From Myxococcota bacterium (lineage in GTDB: Bacteria > Myxococcota_A > UBA9042 > PHBI01 > JAWLBL01): a stretch of DNA of 64,000 bases. The number at the start of each line of letters is the position of its first letter. Position 1 is the first letter of the stretch. Shown in pieces: positions 8,302 to 17,127 of the stretch. The translations under genes and the position numbers were made by a program. Location: positions 192,001-256,000 of the forward strand of contig JAWLBL010000008.1 in the NCBI GenBank assembly GCA_041687695.1. The letters are read 5' to 3'. Below the pieces are notes generated by a model. The model was not told where the DNA came from, ran no database searches, and saw nothing but the letters and a program-made list of their open reading frames with translations.

Positions 8302-9207
8302 TCAGAGCGCGGAAGGGGCGGGGGCGGGCGCGCGGCGGACCAGCACGCGGAAGCGGTCGCGGGCGATCTCGCCGGCGGCCAGGATCTGGTGGCCGTCCTC
8401 GCGCAGGCTGCGCGGGACGTTGCGGGCCGGCTCGCCGCGGCGCATGACGACCTCGACGAGGGCGCCGGGGGCGAGGGGCTCCAGGGCGAGCTTGGTGCGG
8501 ACGTAGGTCATGGGGCAGAGGTCGGCGGTCACGTCGACGCGGCGCGCGAGGCCGCCGCAGGTGGGGCAGTCGGCGCCTTCGGGGAGCGGGACGTGGCGCA
8601 CGCGGCCGCGCAGGCCGTCCACGGTGGTGACGAAGCCGGTGGCGGCCGCGACGTCGCCCGACAGGAGCGAGATCGCACGGAGGGCCTGCAGGTGGCCGAC
8701 CACGCCGGCCATGGCGCCGAGCACGCCCGAGCGGGCGCAGGTCAGGACCTCGTCGGGGGCGGGCGGCGTCTCGAACAGGCAGCGAAAGCACGGGCCGTGG
8801 CCGCCCGCGACCGCGACGACCAGCCCCTCGAAGCGGATGACGCCCGCGATGACCGCGGGCAGGCCGCGTGCGACGGCGAGGTCGTTGACTAGGAAGCGCG
8901 CCGCCGGGTCGTCGGTGCAGTCGAGGACCAGGTCGACCCCGTCCAGGAGCTCCGCGGCCGTGTCGTCGTCGAAGCGGCCGAACACGGGCTCGACCTGGAC
9001 GCCGGGGACCACCTGGGTCAGGCGCTCGGCCGCGCAGGCGACCTTGGGCCGGTCGAGGTCGGCCGTGCCGAACAGGACCTGGCGCTGCAGGTTCGACAGC
9101 TCGACCCGATCGGGGTCCACCAGACGCAGGGCGTGGCCTGCCTCTGCCAGACTGAGGGCGGCCGGCGCGCCGAGGCCGCCGACGCCGATGATCAGGACCG
9201 AACCCAT
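8302..9207 (-). CDS. ThiF/MoeB (E1-like) adenylyltransferase fused to a C-terminal TusA/SirA domain
   Basis: GVGGLG, DPDRVELSNLQRQ, DCTD, CFRC/CPTC zinc pairs, TCARSGVLG; the tail VDVTADLCPMTYVRTKLALEPL...EPARNVP is TusA-like. Confidence 0.9.
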   Translation of the reverse strand: MGSVLIIGVGGLGAPAALSLAEAGHALRLVDPDRVELSNLQRQVLFGTADLDRPKVACAAERLTQVVPGVQVEPVFGRFDDDTAAELLDGVDLVLDCTDDPAARFLVNDLAVARGLPAVIAGVIRFEGLVVAVAGGHGPCFRCLFETPPAPDEVLTCARSGVLGAMAGVVGHLQALRAISLLSGDVAAATGFVTTVDGLRGRVRHVPLPEGADCPTCGGLARRVDVTADLCPMTYVRTKLALEPLAPGALVEVVMRRGEPARNVPRSLREDGHQILAAGEIARDRFRVLVRRAPAPAPSAL

Positions 9208-9231
9208 CGCGGTGTCACCTCACCGGGCCAG

Positions 9232-9265
9232 TTTGTAATAATGGTGACCTACTAAGTCAACAATA
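9232..9265 (-). promoter_or_regulatory. Putative promoter of the E1/Ubl operon overlapped by an Rrf2/IscR-like palindrome
   Basis: AT-rich island; minus strand TTGACT-N17-TACAAA; imperfect palindrome TAATGGTGAC-N7-GTCAACAATA (9239-9265). Confidence 0.6.
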
Positions 9266-9302
9266 GCCCCGGGCCACGCTCCAAGCTGCTGGAACGGCGT
9301 CG

Positions 9303-9332
9303 AAAACGCAAACGGCGACCCGAGGGTCGCCG
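9303..9332 (-). terminator. Rho-independent terminator downstream of ahcY
   Basis: Stem CGGCGACC/GGTCGCCG with a 4-nt loop, followed on the minus strand by TTTGCGTTTT. Confidence 0.7.
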
Positions 9333-9371
9333 CCTGGTGGCCGTCTTCGGGCCGGGGCCTGAGCCAGGCGC

Positions 9372-10631
9372 TCAGGTGCCCGCCGAGTAGTCCGTGGCGT
9401 ACGTGATCTGCTCCTCGGTCAGGGCGTCGATGGCGATGCCCTGGGTCTGCAGCTTGATGGTCGCGATTCGCTGGTCGTTCTCGGCCGGCAGCGTGTAGAC
9501 CTTGCGGCCTAGATCCTGGTGGGTCGAGGCGACCATGCACAGGGCCTGCGCCTGGTTGGCGAAGGACATGTCCATGACCTCGGAGGGGTGCCCCTCGGCC
9601 GCGGCCAGGTTCACCAGGCGCCCCTGGCCGATGACGTAGACGCGGCGGCCGTCCTCGAGGGTGTACTCCTCGTTGTTCGGGCGGACGGTGCGCTTGCGCG
9701 ACGCCAGCGTCTCGAGGTCGCCCAGGTTCAGCTCGCAGTCGTAGTGGCCGGTGTTGCAGACCACCGCGCCGTCCTTCATCGAGGCGAAGTGGCGCTTGAC
9801 GATGACGTCCTTCATGCCCGTCGCGGTGATGAAGATGTCGCCGATCTTGGCGGCCTCGTCCATCGGCATGACCCGGTAGCCCTCGAGCGTCGCCTTGAGG
9901 GCCGCGGTCGGCTTGATCTCGGTCACGACGACGTTGGCCCCCATGCCCTTGGCGCGCTGCGCGACGCCGCGGCCGCAGTGGCCGTAGCCGGCGACGACGA
10001 AGGTCTTGCCGGCCAGCAGGATGCTGGTCGCGCGCAGGATGCCGTCGAGGCTGGACTGGCCGGTGCCGTAGACGTTGTCGAAGTCCCACTTGGTCTCGGA
10101 GTCGTTGACCGCGATGACCGGGTACTTGAGCGCCCCGTCATCGGCCATCGCGCGCAGGCGGTGGACGCCGGTGGTCGTCTCCTCGGTGCCGCCCTTGATG
10201 CTCTCGCACAGCTCCGGGAACTTGGAGTGCACGCGGAAGATGAGGTCCGCGCCGTCGTCGAGCGTCAGGGTCGGCTTGAAGTCCAGGGTGCGGTCGATGC
10301 ACCAGTAGAACTCCTCGGTGTTCATGCCGTGCCAGGCGTAGATGCTGAACCCGTCGGCCGCCAGGGCCGCGGCGATGTCGTCCTGGGTCGACAGCGGGTT
10401 GCAGCCCGACCAGCTGATCTCGGCGCCCGCCGCGCGGAGCGTGCGGATGAGGACCGCCGTCTCCTTCGTGACGTGCAGGCAGCCGGCGATGCGCTCGCCG
10501 GCGAGCGGCTTGGTCCGCTCGAACTCCTCGCGCAGCGCCATCAGCACCGGCATGCGGCTCTCGGCCCACTCGATCTTCAGACGCCCGCGGTCCGCGAGGC
10601 CGATGTCCGCCACCTTGTAGTTCGTCGTCAT
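9372..10631 (-). CDS. ahcY: Adenosylhomocysteinase
   Basis: GCLHVTKET, SGCNPLSTQD, LDDGAD, EETTTG, VAGYGHCGRG, GRLVNLAAAEGHP; ATG 10631 follows GGAG. Confidence 0.97.
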   Translation of the reverse strand: MTTNYKVADIGLADRGRLKIEWAESRMPVLMALREEFERTKPLAGERIAGCLHVTKETAVLIRTLRAAGAEISWSGCNPLSTQDDIAAALAADGFSIYAWHGMNTEEFYWCIDRTLDFKPTLTLDDGADLIFRVHSKFPELCESIKGGTEETTTGVHRLRAMADDGALKYPVIAVNDSETKWDFDNVYGTGQSSLDGILRATSILLAGKTFVVAGYGHCGRGVAQRAKGMGANVVVTEIKPTAALKATLEGYRVMPMDEAAKIGDIFITATGMKDVIVKRHFASMKDGAVVCNTGHYDCELNLGDLETLASRKRTVRPNNEEYTLEDGRRVYVIGQGRLVNLAAAEGHPSEVMDMSFANQAQALCMVASTHQDLGRKVYTLPAENDQRIATIKLQTQGIAIDALTEEQITYATDYSAGT

Positions 10632-10659
10632 CGTCTTGGTCTCCAATGTTACCTGCCCG

Positions 10660-11607
10660 CTACTCGGCGAGCTTGTCCTCGAGCTCGGGCAGCTCGACCA
10701 TCGTGCCGTTCAGGAAGAAGGTCGGCGTCCCATCGACCTTGAATCGGTTGGCCTCGTCGAGGTCGCGCGCGAGGACCGCCACGAGCTGCGGGTCCTTCAT
10801 GTCGGCCTCGAAGCGCGCCATGTCGAGGCCCGCCTGCTGGGCGAGCTCTCGGATGACCTGGGAGGTCAGGCGCTTTTGGTTCTCGTACAGGAGATCGTTG
10901 AGCGCCCAGAACTTGTCCTGGCGCGCGGCGGCGAGCGAGGCGACGGCGGCCTCGCGGGCCATCGGGTGGATGTCGAGCGGCAGGTGCTTGACGTACAGCA
11001 CCGCGTCGCTACCCGCCACCAGCTCCTTGAGCGGCCCGGACGCCGCCCGGCAGTAGGGGCACTGGTAGTCGGTGAACTCGACGACGACGTGCTTGGCCTT
11101 GGGGTCGCCGAGGCGCGGTGAGCCCGTGAAGTCGAACTCGGCCTTGACCGCCGTGCGCTGCAGCTCCTTGAGCAGCTCGCGCACCACCTGCTTTTTGCTC
11201 AGGCCCTGACCGACCAGCGCGACCGTCTGGTTCGCCAGCGTCGTCGCCCGCTCGCAACGCTTGGGGTCGTGCAGGCTCTCGAGGAAGCTGCGAGGCGCGC
11301 CGCAGGGGTCGAACTGCTCGGAGAAGACCTGCAGCAGGATCTCCCGCTCGGCCGCGTCCAGGTCCTTGACGTCCAGCCAGGCCGGCAGGGCCGGACCGGT
11401 CGCCGGGCGGGCCGCCTGCGCGTCGGCGCCCGCGGTCGTCGGGCTGGTCGCCACGGGCCGCGACTCGCCGGCCGCGGCGGGCCGGTCCTCCCGGGTGTTT
11501 TGACAGACGCACTGCGTCAGCGTACAAAACGCCAGGATCACGAGCGAAATCGGGCGAGGCAGCGCGCCGCGCGTCCGGGCCCCCGCGATGGGTCTCGAGC
11601 TCGTCAT
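10660..11607 (-). CDS. DsbA-family thioredoxin-fold protein
   Basis: VVVEFTDYQCPYC, KHLPL, cis-Pro motif GTPTFFLNG; N-terminal hydrophobic segment. Confidence 0.88.
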   Translation of the reverse strand: MTSSRPIAGARTRGALPRPISLVILAFCTLTQCVCQNTREDRPAAAGESRPVATSPTTAGADAQAARPATGPALPAWLDVKDLDAAEREILLQVFSEQFDPCGAPRSFLESLHDPKRCERATTLANQTVALVGQGLSKKQVVRELLKELQRTAVKAEFDFTGSPRLGDPKAKHVVVEFTDYQCPYCRAASGPLKELVAGSDAVLYVKHLPLDIHPMAREAAVASLAAARQDKFWALNDLLYENQKRLTSQVIRELAQQAGLDMARFEADMKDPQLVAVLARDLDEANRFKVDGTPTFFLNGTMVELPELEDKLAE

Positions 11608-11677
11608 GTCGGGGTGGTCCTCTGGGTGCGGGTCTAGGGTCGGCCCCCCTAAGGGACGTGCCTCGTAGCACAGGACG

Positions 11678-12187
11678 ATGCCCAAAGCTACATCGAGACA
11701 TGGGCCGCGCCGCGCCTGGATCGGCCTGGGCGCCAACCTCGGCGACGCCCGCGCCGCCGTCGCCCGGGCGCTCCACTGGCTGGACGCCTGCCCGGACCTC
11801 CACCTCGAGGCCGCCTCGCGCCTGCACCGCACGGCGCCGATCGGCCCGCCCCAGCCGGACTACGTCAACGCCGTCGCGCGCGTCCGCACCACCCTCGCCC
11901 CCGAGGCCCTGCTGCTGTCCCTGCAATCCATGGAGCGCGCCGCCGCCCGCCGCCGCACGGTCCGCTGGGGCCCCCGCACCCTCGACCTCGACCTCCTCCT
12001 CTATGACGACGGCCACGGCCAGGTCCGCCTCGCCTCGCCCACCCTGACCCTGCCGCACCCGGAGCTCGCCCGCCGCCGCTTCGTCCTGGGCCCGCTGGCC
12101 GAGCTCGATCCCGATTTGCGGCATCCCGTCCTTGACCGCAGTGTTACCGACCTCCTAGAAACGCTCGCCTCCCTGGAGTCGGCCTGA
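11678..12187 (+). CDS. folK: 2-amino-4-hydroxy-6-hydroxymethyldihydropteridine diphosphokinase
   Basis: IGLGANLG, QPDYVNAV, WGPRTLDLDLL, LTLPHP, RRFVLGPL. Confidence 0.95.
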   Translation: MPKATSRHGPRRAWIGLGANLGDARAAVARALHWLDACPDLHLEAASRLHRTAPIGPPQPDYVNAVARVRTTLAPEALLLSLQSMERAAARRRTVRWGPRTLDLDLLLYDDGHGQVRLASPTLTLPHPELARRRFVLGPLAELDPDLRHPVLDRSVTDLLETLASLESA

Positions 12188-12188
12188 C

Positions 12189-13196
12189 ATGCCCATTCGC
12201 AGCACAGCCATCGCCCTGGCCCTCGCGACCGCGCTCGCGGCCTGCGCCGACGGCCGGGCCGGTGACCCTCGGCTGACCCCCTCGGTCGAGCGCCGCCTCG
12301 ACCGGGCCCCCGACGCCCCGGCCCCGACCCTGCCGCTCGCGCCGGTCGCCCTCGCCACGCAGGCCGACTTCGACGCCTTCGAGCGCGACGCCCTGGCCCG
12401 CTCGACCCCGGAGACGGTCCTCGGCGTCTACGAGGCGCTCGCCGACGGCGCCCAACCGGGCGCCCGCGAGGCCGACGCCATCCTGCTGCAGCGACTCGCC
12501 CTGCTCAGCTTCTCGGCCAGCGCCGACCAGGCGCGCCTCGAGCGCACCTTCGCCCTGGCCGACCGCCTCCACCGCGAGGCGCCCGCCAGCCCGCACACCC
12601 TGTATCTGCTGGCCTACGTCAAGCGCCTGCTGCTGGTGTCGGCCCGCGCCGGCCGCGCCGGCGAGATCCCGGCCGAGCACCGCGACGTCGCCGACAAGCT
12701 CCGCGACGACTGGACCCGCCTGCTCGCCGCCGCGCCCGACTACGTCGGCCCCTACGAGCAGTCCGCCGCCGGCATCCGCCGCGATCTGGCCGAGCTGACC
12801 GCCGCGTTGGCCCGCCCGGCCGCCGATCCCGGCGCCACGCCGCCGCCCCCCTCGGTCGCGGGCGCCGACGCGACCGAGGCCCGCAGCACCCTGTGGCGCC
12901 ACGAGCACGCCAACCCCGGCGAGCGCAAGACCCTGTGCGAGACCTGGCTGGCCCGCGACGCCGACCTCACGCCCCGCGGTGAGCAGACCCGCTACGCGGA
13001 GCTCGTCTGCGCGGCCGAGGTCGGCGCCCCCGAGGCCGGCTACGCCGCCCTGACGGCGCTGGTCGGGACGCCGTCGCTGGCCGACCCGTGCGCCTGGGCC
13101 GCGCGCCTGGGCACGCCGCCCGCGGGCGCCGCCGACGCGCTGAGCGCCGCCCTGGCCCGCGCGGGGCTGCCCGCCTGCCCGGCGGCGGGGCCCTGA
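12189..13196 (+). CDS. Hypothetical helical lipoprotein
   Basis: Signal peptide ending ALAAC; 1-bp gaps to both neighbours. Confidence 0.7.
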   Translation: MPIRSTAIALALATALAACADGRAGDPRLTPSVERRLDRAPDAPAPTLPLAPVALATQADFDAFERDALARSTPETVLGVYEALADGAQPGAREADAILLQRLALLSFSASADQARLERTFALADRLHREAPASPHTLYLLAYVKRLLLVSARAGRAGEIPAEHRDVADKLRDDWTRLLAAAPDYVGPYEQSAAGIRRDLAELTAALARPAADPGATPPPPSVAGADATEARSTLWRHEHANPGERKTLCETWLARDADLTPRGEQTRYAELVCAAEVGAPEAGYAALTALVGTPSLADPCAWAARLGTPPAGAADALSAALARAGLPACPAAGP

Positions 13197-13197
13197 C

Positions 13198-14178
13198 ATG
13201 ACGGCGCTGGGCCGACGCGTCGGCGTCGGGGTCGTCTTCGGCGTGCTCGTGGGGGTCGGCCTCATGGTCTACTCCGACGCCTCGCAGCTCGCCCAGGGCA
13301 TCGCCTCGTTCGATCTGACGGCGCTCGGGCCGGTGCTGGCGCTGTCGCTGGTCGGCTACGCGCTGCGCGTCGCGAAGTGGGAGGTCTACCTGGCCGCCCT
13401 CGACGTGCGCCTGCCGCGCGTCGACAGCGCGCTGGCGTTCCTCGCCGGCATGGTCATGTCCATCACGCCGGGCAAGGTGGGCGAGGTCCTCAAGAGCTTC
13501 CTGGTCCGCCAGCGCTGGGGGACGCCCGTCGCCACGACCGCGCCCATCGTGGTGGCCGAGCGGCTGACCGACTTCCTCGCGCTGCTGGTGCTGGCCGCCC
13601 TCGGCGCCGCCTCGGCCAGCGGCTACGGCGTCGGCGTCCTGGCCCTCGCAGGTGGGCTGACCGCCGCCCTCCTCGCGGTCGTCGCCTGGCCCCCGGCCAG
13701 CCGCCTGGCCCTGGCCGTCCTCGGGCGCATGCCGGTGCTGAGCCGCGTCACGCCCAAGCTCGAGGAGGCCCACCAGGCGATGCTGCGGCTCATCGGCACG
13801 CGCACCCTCCTGTGGACCACGGCCTTGTCGGTCGTCGCCTGGGGCTGCGAGGCCGTCGGCACCTGGCTCATCCTCAACGCCTTCCCCGGCGTCGAGGCCA
13901 CGCTCGCCGAGGCCACCTTCGTCTACGCCTTCGCGACCATCGCCGGCGCGCTGTCGATGCTGCCCGGCGGCCTGCTCGCCACCGAGGGCTCCATGATCGC
14001 GCTGCTCACCAAGGCGCTGGCCCTCACCGACTCGCGCGCCGTCGCCACCGCCGCGACCCTGCTCGTCCGCTTCTGCACCCTGTGGTTCGGCGTCGCCCTG
14101 GGCCTGGTCGCCCTCGCCGCCTTCCGCCACCGCGCCGCGGCCCACCCGTCCGCGCCCGCCGAGAGCCTGCAGCCCTGA
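13198..14178 (+). CDS. Lysylphosphatidylglycerol synthase TM / flippase-like (UPF0104) membrane protein
   Basis: ITPGKVGEVLK, VVAERLTD, LPGGLLATEG; multiple TM helices. Confidence 0.85.
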   Translation: MTALGRRVGVGVVFGVLVGVGLMVYSDASQLAQGIASFDLTALGPVLALSLVGYALRVAKWEVYLAALDVRLPRVDSALAFLAGMVMSITPGKVGEVLKSFLVRQRWGTPVATTAPIVVAERLTDFLALLVLAALGAASASGYGVGVLALAGGLTAALLAVVAWPPASRLALAVLGRMPVLSRVTPKLEEAHQAMLRLIGTRTLLWTTALSVVAWGCEAVGTWLILNAFPGVEATLAEATFVYAFATIAGALSMLPGGLLATEGSMIALLTKALALTDSRAVATAATLLVRFCTLWFGVALGLVALAAFRHRAAAHPSAPAESLQP

Positions 14179-16235
14179 TGGTCGTCCGCCCGCCACCGGC
14201 CTCCGACAGCGCCTTCGACGTCCTGGCGCGCCTGGTCCGCCTGTCGACCGGCACGGGCGGCGCCTCGTCCGTCGTCAGCGCCGCCTTCGACGCCTGCGAG
14301 CAGCTCACCGGCGCCCAGGGCGTGATGCTGTTCTGCCCGGTGCCCGGCCGCGAGCGCATCGCCCTGGTCTCGCACCGGCACGTGCCCGACGAGGTCACCC
14401 AGCACATCCAGCGCCTCGACGCCGAGGTCGGCGCCGCGGGCCAGGCCGCGCGCGGCGCCCCGGTCGCCGTCATCTCGGTGGACGCCTACCCCGAAGGCCC
14501 CGCCCGCGAGGCCGCCATCCAACTAGGCTACCGCACCACCGTCGGCGTGCGCGTCCACGCCTCGGGGCAGATGACCGGGGTCCTCGGGCTGCTCTTCCGC
14601 GACGCCCAGCCCAAGCTCGACTTCGCCCTGCTCGAGACCCTGGGCGGCGTCATCGGCATGGCCATGGCGCGCGACGCCCTCGAGCGCTCGGCCCAGTTCA
14701 GCGAGCACCGCTACCGCACCCTGGTCGAGCACGTCCCGGTCGCCGTCACCGTCATCCGCAACGAGCGTTTCGAGTACGTCAACCCGGCCATGAGCCTGGT
14801 CCTGCGCCGCCCCGCCGAGGACTTCATCGGCCGCCCGCTGCTGGACCCGGCCGTCTTCCACCCCGACGACCACCCCATCGTCGCCGAGCGCTACGCCGCC
14901 AGCATGCGCGGCGAGGTCTCGCGAGACCTGTTCGACGTGCGCTGCGTCCGCGCCGACGGCGTCCTGCGCGAGGTCGCCTGCCACGGCGTCCGGGTCGACG
15001 ACGAGCGTGGCCCCGCCATGATCGCCATCGGGGTCGACCGCACCGAGCACAACCAGCTGCTCCGCAACGCCGCGCGCGCCCAGAAGCTGCACGCGCTCGG
15101 CACGCTCTCGGGCGGCATCGCCCACGACTTCAACAACCTCCTCGGCACCATCGAGGGCTACGCCTCGCTGCTGCTCGAGGAGGTCGATCTCGGGCCGCGC
15201 GCCAGCTCGCGGCTGTCGATGATCGCCGACTCGGCGCGCCGCGGCAGCCAGCTGACCGCGCGCCTGCTCAACTTCGCGCAGGCGCGTCACCCCGAGCGCG
15301 GGCCGCTGGCCATCGACGCCCTGCTCGCGACGGCGCTGGATCTCGCGCGCCCGCACTTCCACGGCGCCTTCCGCGTCGAGGTCGACCCGCCGCCCGGCGC
15401 CTGGGTCCTGGGCGACGAGTCGCAGCTGCAGCAGGTCCTGCTGAACCTGTTCATCAACGCCCGCGACGCCATGCCCGGCGGCGGGCTGCTACGCGTCGGG
15501 GCGCGCCCGGTCAAGGTCCGCGCCGCCGCCCCGCTCGAGGACCTCGCCCCCGGGCGCTACGTCGCCGTCGACGTGTCCGACACCGGCGGTGGCATTCCCC
15601 ACGAGCACCAACGCACCATCTTCGAGCCCTTCTGGACGACCAAGCCGATGGGCAACGGCACGGGCCTCGGCCTCGCGATGGCCCACGCCATCGTGACGGC
15701 GCACGGCGGCCACCTCGGCGTGCGCTCGCAGCCGGGGCGCGGCGCGACCTTCAGCGTCGTCCTGCCCGCCTGCGACCCGCCCGAGCGCGCCGAGGCGCCC
15801 CCGCCCGACGAGCCTCCACGCGTCGCTGCGCCCCGCGGCGACCGGGCGCGCCCGCGTGTGCTCGCCTTCGACGACGAGGCCGGCATCCGCGCCTTCCTGG
15901 GCGAGGCCCTGAGCGCCATCGGCTTCGACACGCGGCTGTTCGAGACCGGCCGCGCCGCCTTGGCGTTCCTGGACGGCGGGGCGGGCGAGGGCGAGGGCGC
16001 CGGCTGGCCGGACGTCGTGATGATGGACATCTCGATCCCGGGCGAGGACGCGGTGGCGACGCTGGCGGCGCTGCGTGAGCGGCTGCCCGACACGCCCATC
16101 CTCATCTCGTCGGGCTTCGCGCAGCCCCAGGTCGCCGAGCAGCTGACCGCCACGCGGGGCACGGCCTTTCTGCCCAAGCCGTACCGCATCGGGGCGCTGC
16201 GCAAGATGCTGCGCGATCTGCTCGGCGGCGCCTGA
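14178..16235 (+). CDS. Hybrid sensor histidine kinase (GAF-PAS-HisKA-HATPase-receiver)
   Basis: GIAHDFNNLL H-box, NLFINARDAM, DTGGGI, FEPFWTTK, GTGLGL; receiver AFDDE...MMD...LPKP; ATG overlaps the upstream TGA. Confidence 0.92.
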   Translation: MVVRPPPASDSAFDVLARLVRLSTGTGGASSVVSAAFDACEQLTGAQGVMLFCPVPGRERIALVSHRHVPDEVTQHIQRLDAEVGAAGQAARGAPVAVISVDAYPEGPAREAAIQLGYRTTVGVRVHASGQMTGVLGLLFRDAQPKLDFALLETLGGVIGMAMARDALERSAQFSEHRYRTLVEHVPVAVTVIRNERFEYVNPAMSLVLRRPAEDFIGRPLLDPAVFHPDDHPIVAERYAASMRGEVSRDLFDVRCVRADGVLREVACHGVRVDDERGPAMIAIGVDRTEHNQLLRNAARAQKLHALGTLSGGIAHDFNNLLGTIEGYASLLLEEVDLGPRASSRLSMIADSARRGSQLTARLLNFAQARHPERGPLAIDALLATALDLARPHFHGAFRVEVDPPPGAWVLGDESQLQQVLLNLFINARDAMPGGGLLRVGARPVKVRAAAPLEDLAPGRYVAVDVSDTGGGIPHEHQRTIFEPFWTTKPMGNGTGLGLAMAHAIVTAHGGHLGVRSQPGRGATFSVVLPACDPPERAEAPPPDEPPRVAAPRGDRARPRVLAFDDEAGIRAFLGEALSAIGFDTRLFETGRAALAFLDGGAGEGEGAGWPDVVMMDISIPGEDAVATLAALRERLPDTPILISSGFAQPQVAEQLTATRGTAFLPKPYRIGALRKMLRDLLGGA

Positions 16236-16301
16236 ACGGCGACGGCCGGCGCCCCTCGCGAAGAGGAGGCCGGCCGGCGGGGAGGAGCGGGCCCGCGTCG
16301 C

Positions 16302-17000
16302 TCAGTAGGCGGCGCAGTAGCCCCAGGCGTCGCAGTAGCTGCCGACCGGGCAGTCCCAGTCGCTGTAGCAGGTCAGGACCTCGGCGCACATCCCGTCGAT
16401 GCACACGTCCGCGCCGCCGCAGTCCCAGTCGTCGTAGCACTCGGCGTCGGGGTAGCACATCCCGTCGGCCGCGCAGAAGGTGCCCCAGGGGCACTCGCTG
16501 TCCGACAGGCAGCCGGGGAAGGGCTCGCACAGGCCGACGTCCGAGCAGTAGTCGGTCGGCGCGCAGTCCTGATCCTCCCAGCACAGCTCGCCCACCCAGC
16601 ACTGGCCGTCGACCGCGCAGTAGGTCCCGGCGGGGCACTGGTCGTGGTCGACGCAGCCGGGCAGGGCGTAGCAGAAGCCGTCGGACTCGCAGTACTCGCC
16701 GGTGGGGCAGTGGTAGTCCGACGTGCACTCGACCTCCTGGTAGCACACGCCATCGGAGCCGCAGAAATAGCCCGGGGCGCAGTCGCTGTTGCGGTAGCAG
16801 CCCGACGCCGGGGGCGGCGGCGGCGCGGGCGTCGCGTCGTAGCAGACGCCGTCGGCCGCGCAGTAGAAGCCGGCTGGGCAATCCCAATCGTCGTAGCAGC
16901 CATGGGTGCCGCCTTCGATGTAGCATCCGGTGGCGGTCGCCGACAGAACCATGACCGACAGGGCGAGCAGCGGAGCGGAGGGGCGGAGGGTGCGGGACAT
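16302..17000 (-). CDS. Cys-rich repeat lipoprotein
   Basis: Signal ending ATGC, then 8 repeats of C-x5-C-x5-C-x4/5-C (e.g. CYDDWDCPAGFYCAADGVC). Confidence 0.85.
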   Translation of the reverse strand: MSRTLRPSAPLLALSVMVLSATATGCYIEGGTHGCYDDWDCPAGFYCAADGVCYDATPAPPPPPASGCYRNSDCAPGYFCGSDGVCYQEVECTSDYHCPTGEYCESDGFCYALPGCVDHDQCPAGTYCAVDGQCWVGELCWEDQDCAPTDYCSDVGLCEPFPGCLSDSECPWGTFCAADGMCYPDAECYDDWDCGGADVCIDGMCAEVLTCYSDWDCPVGSYCDAWGYCAAY

Positions 17001-17127
17001 GGCTGACTCCATCAGGTGCGGGCCGAACGGGGCGTCGTGGTCGGCGTCGTTGGCAGCGGCAGAGACGGGACGGGCGAGGGAATCTTCAAAGCTCGTTTCA
17101 CTTTGGCGGAATCGTCGCGCGCGTCGC

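Noticed and set aside
7166..9207. Anti-phage ubiquitin-like conjugation system (CBASS/Bil type)
   Set aside because: No E2 or cyclase is visible. The CysO/MoaD-type Ubl and the TusA fusion point to sulfur transfer, although conjugation is not excluded.
7618..9207. One moeB gene broken by a frameshift
   Set aside because: The N-terminal-type piece lies downstream of the catalytic piece, the Ubl gene separates them, and both contain the homologous AAL(Y/S)LA segment, so they are separate paralogs.
10632..10659. SAH/SAM riboswitch upstream of ahcY
   Set aside because: Only 28 bp separate ahcY from the upstream DsbA-like gene, leaving no room for an aptamer.
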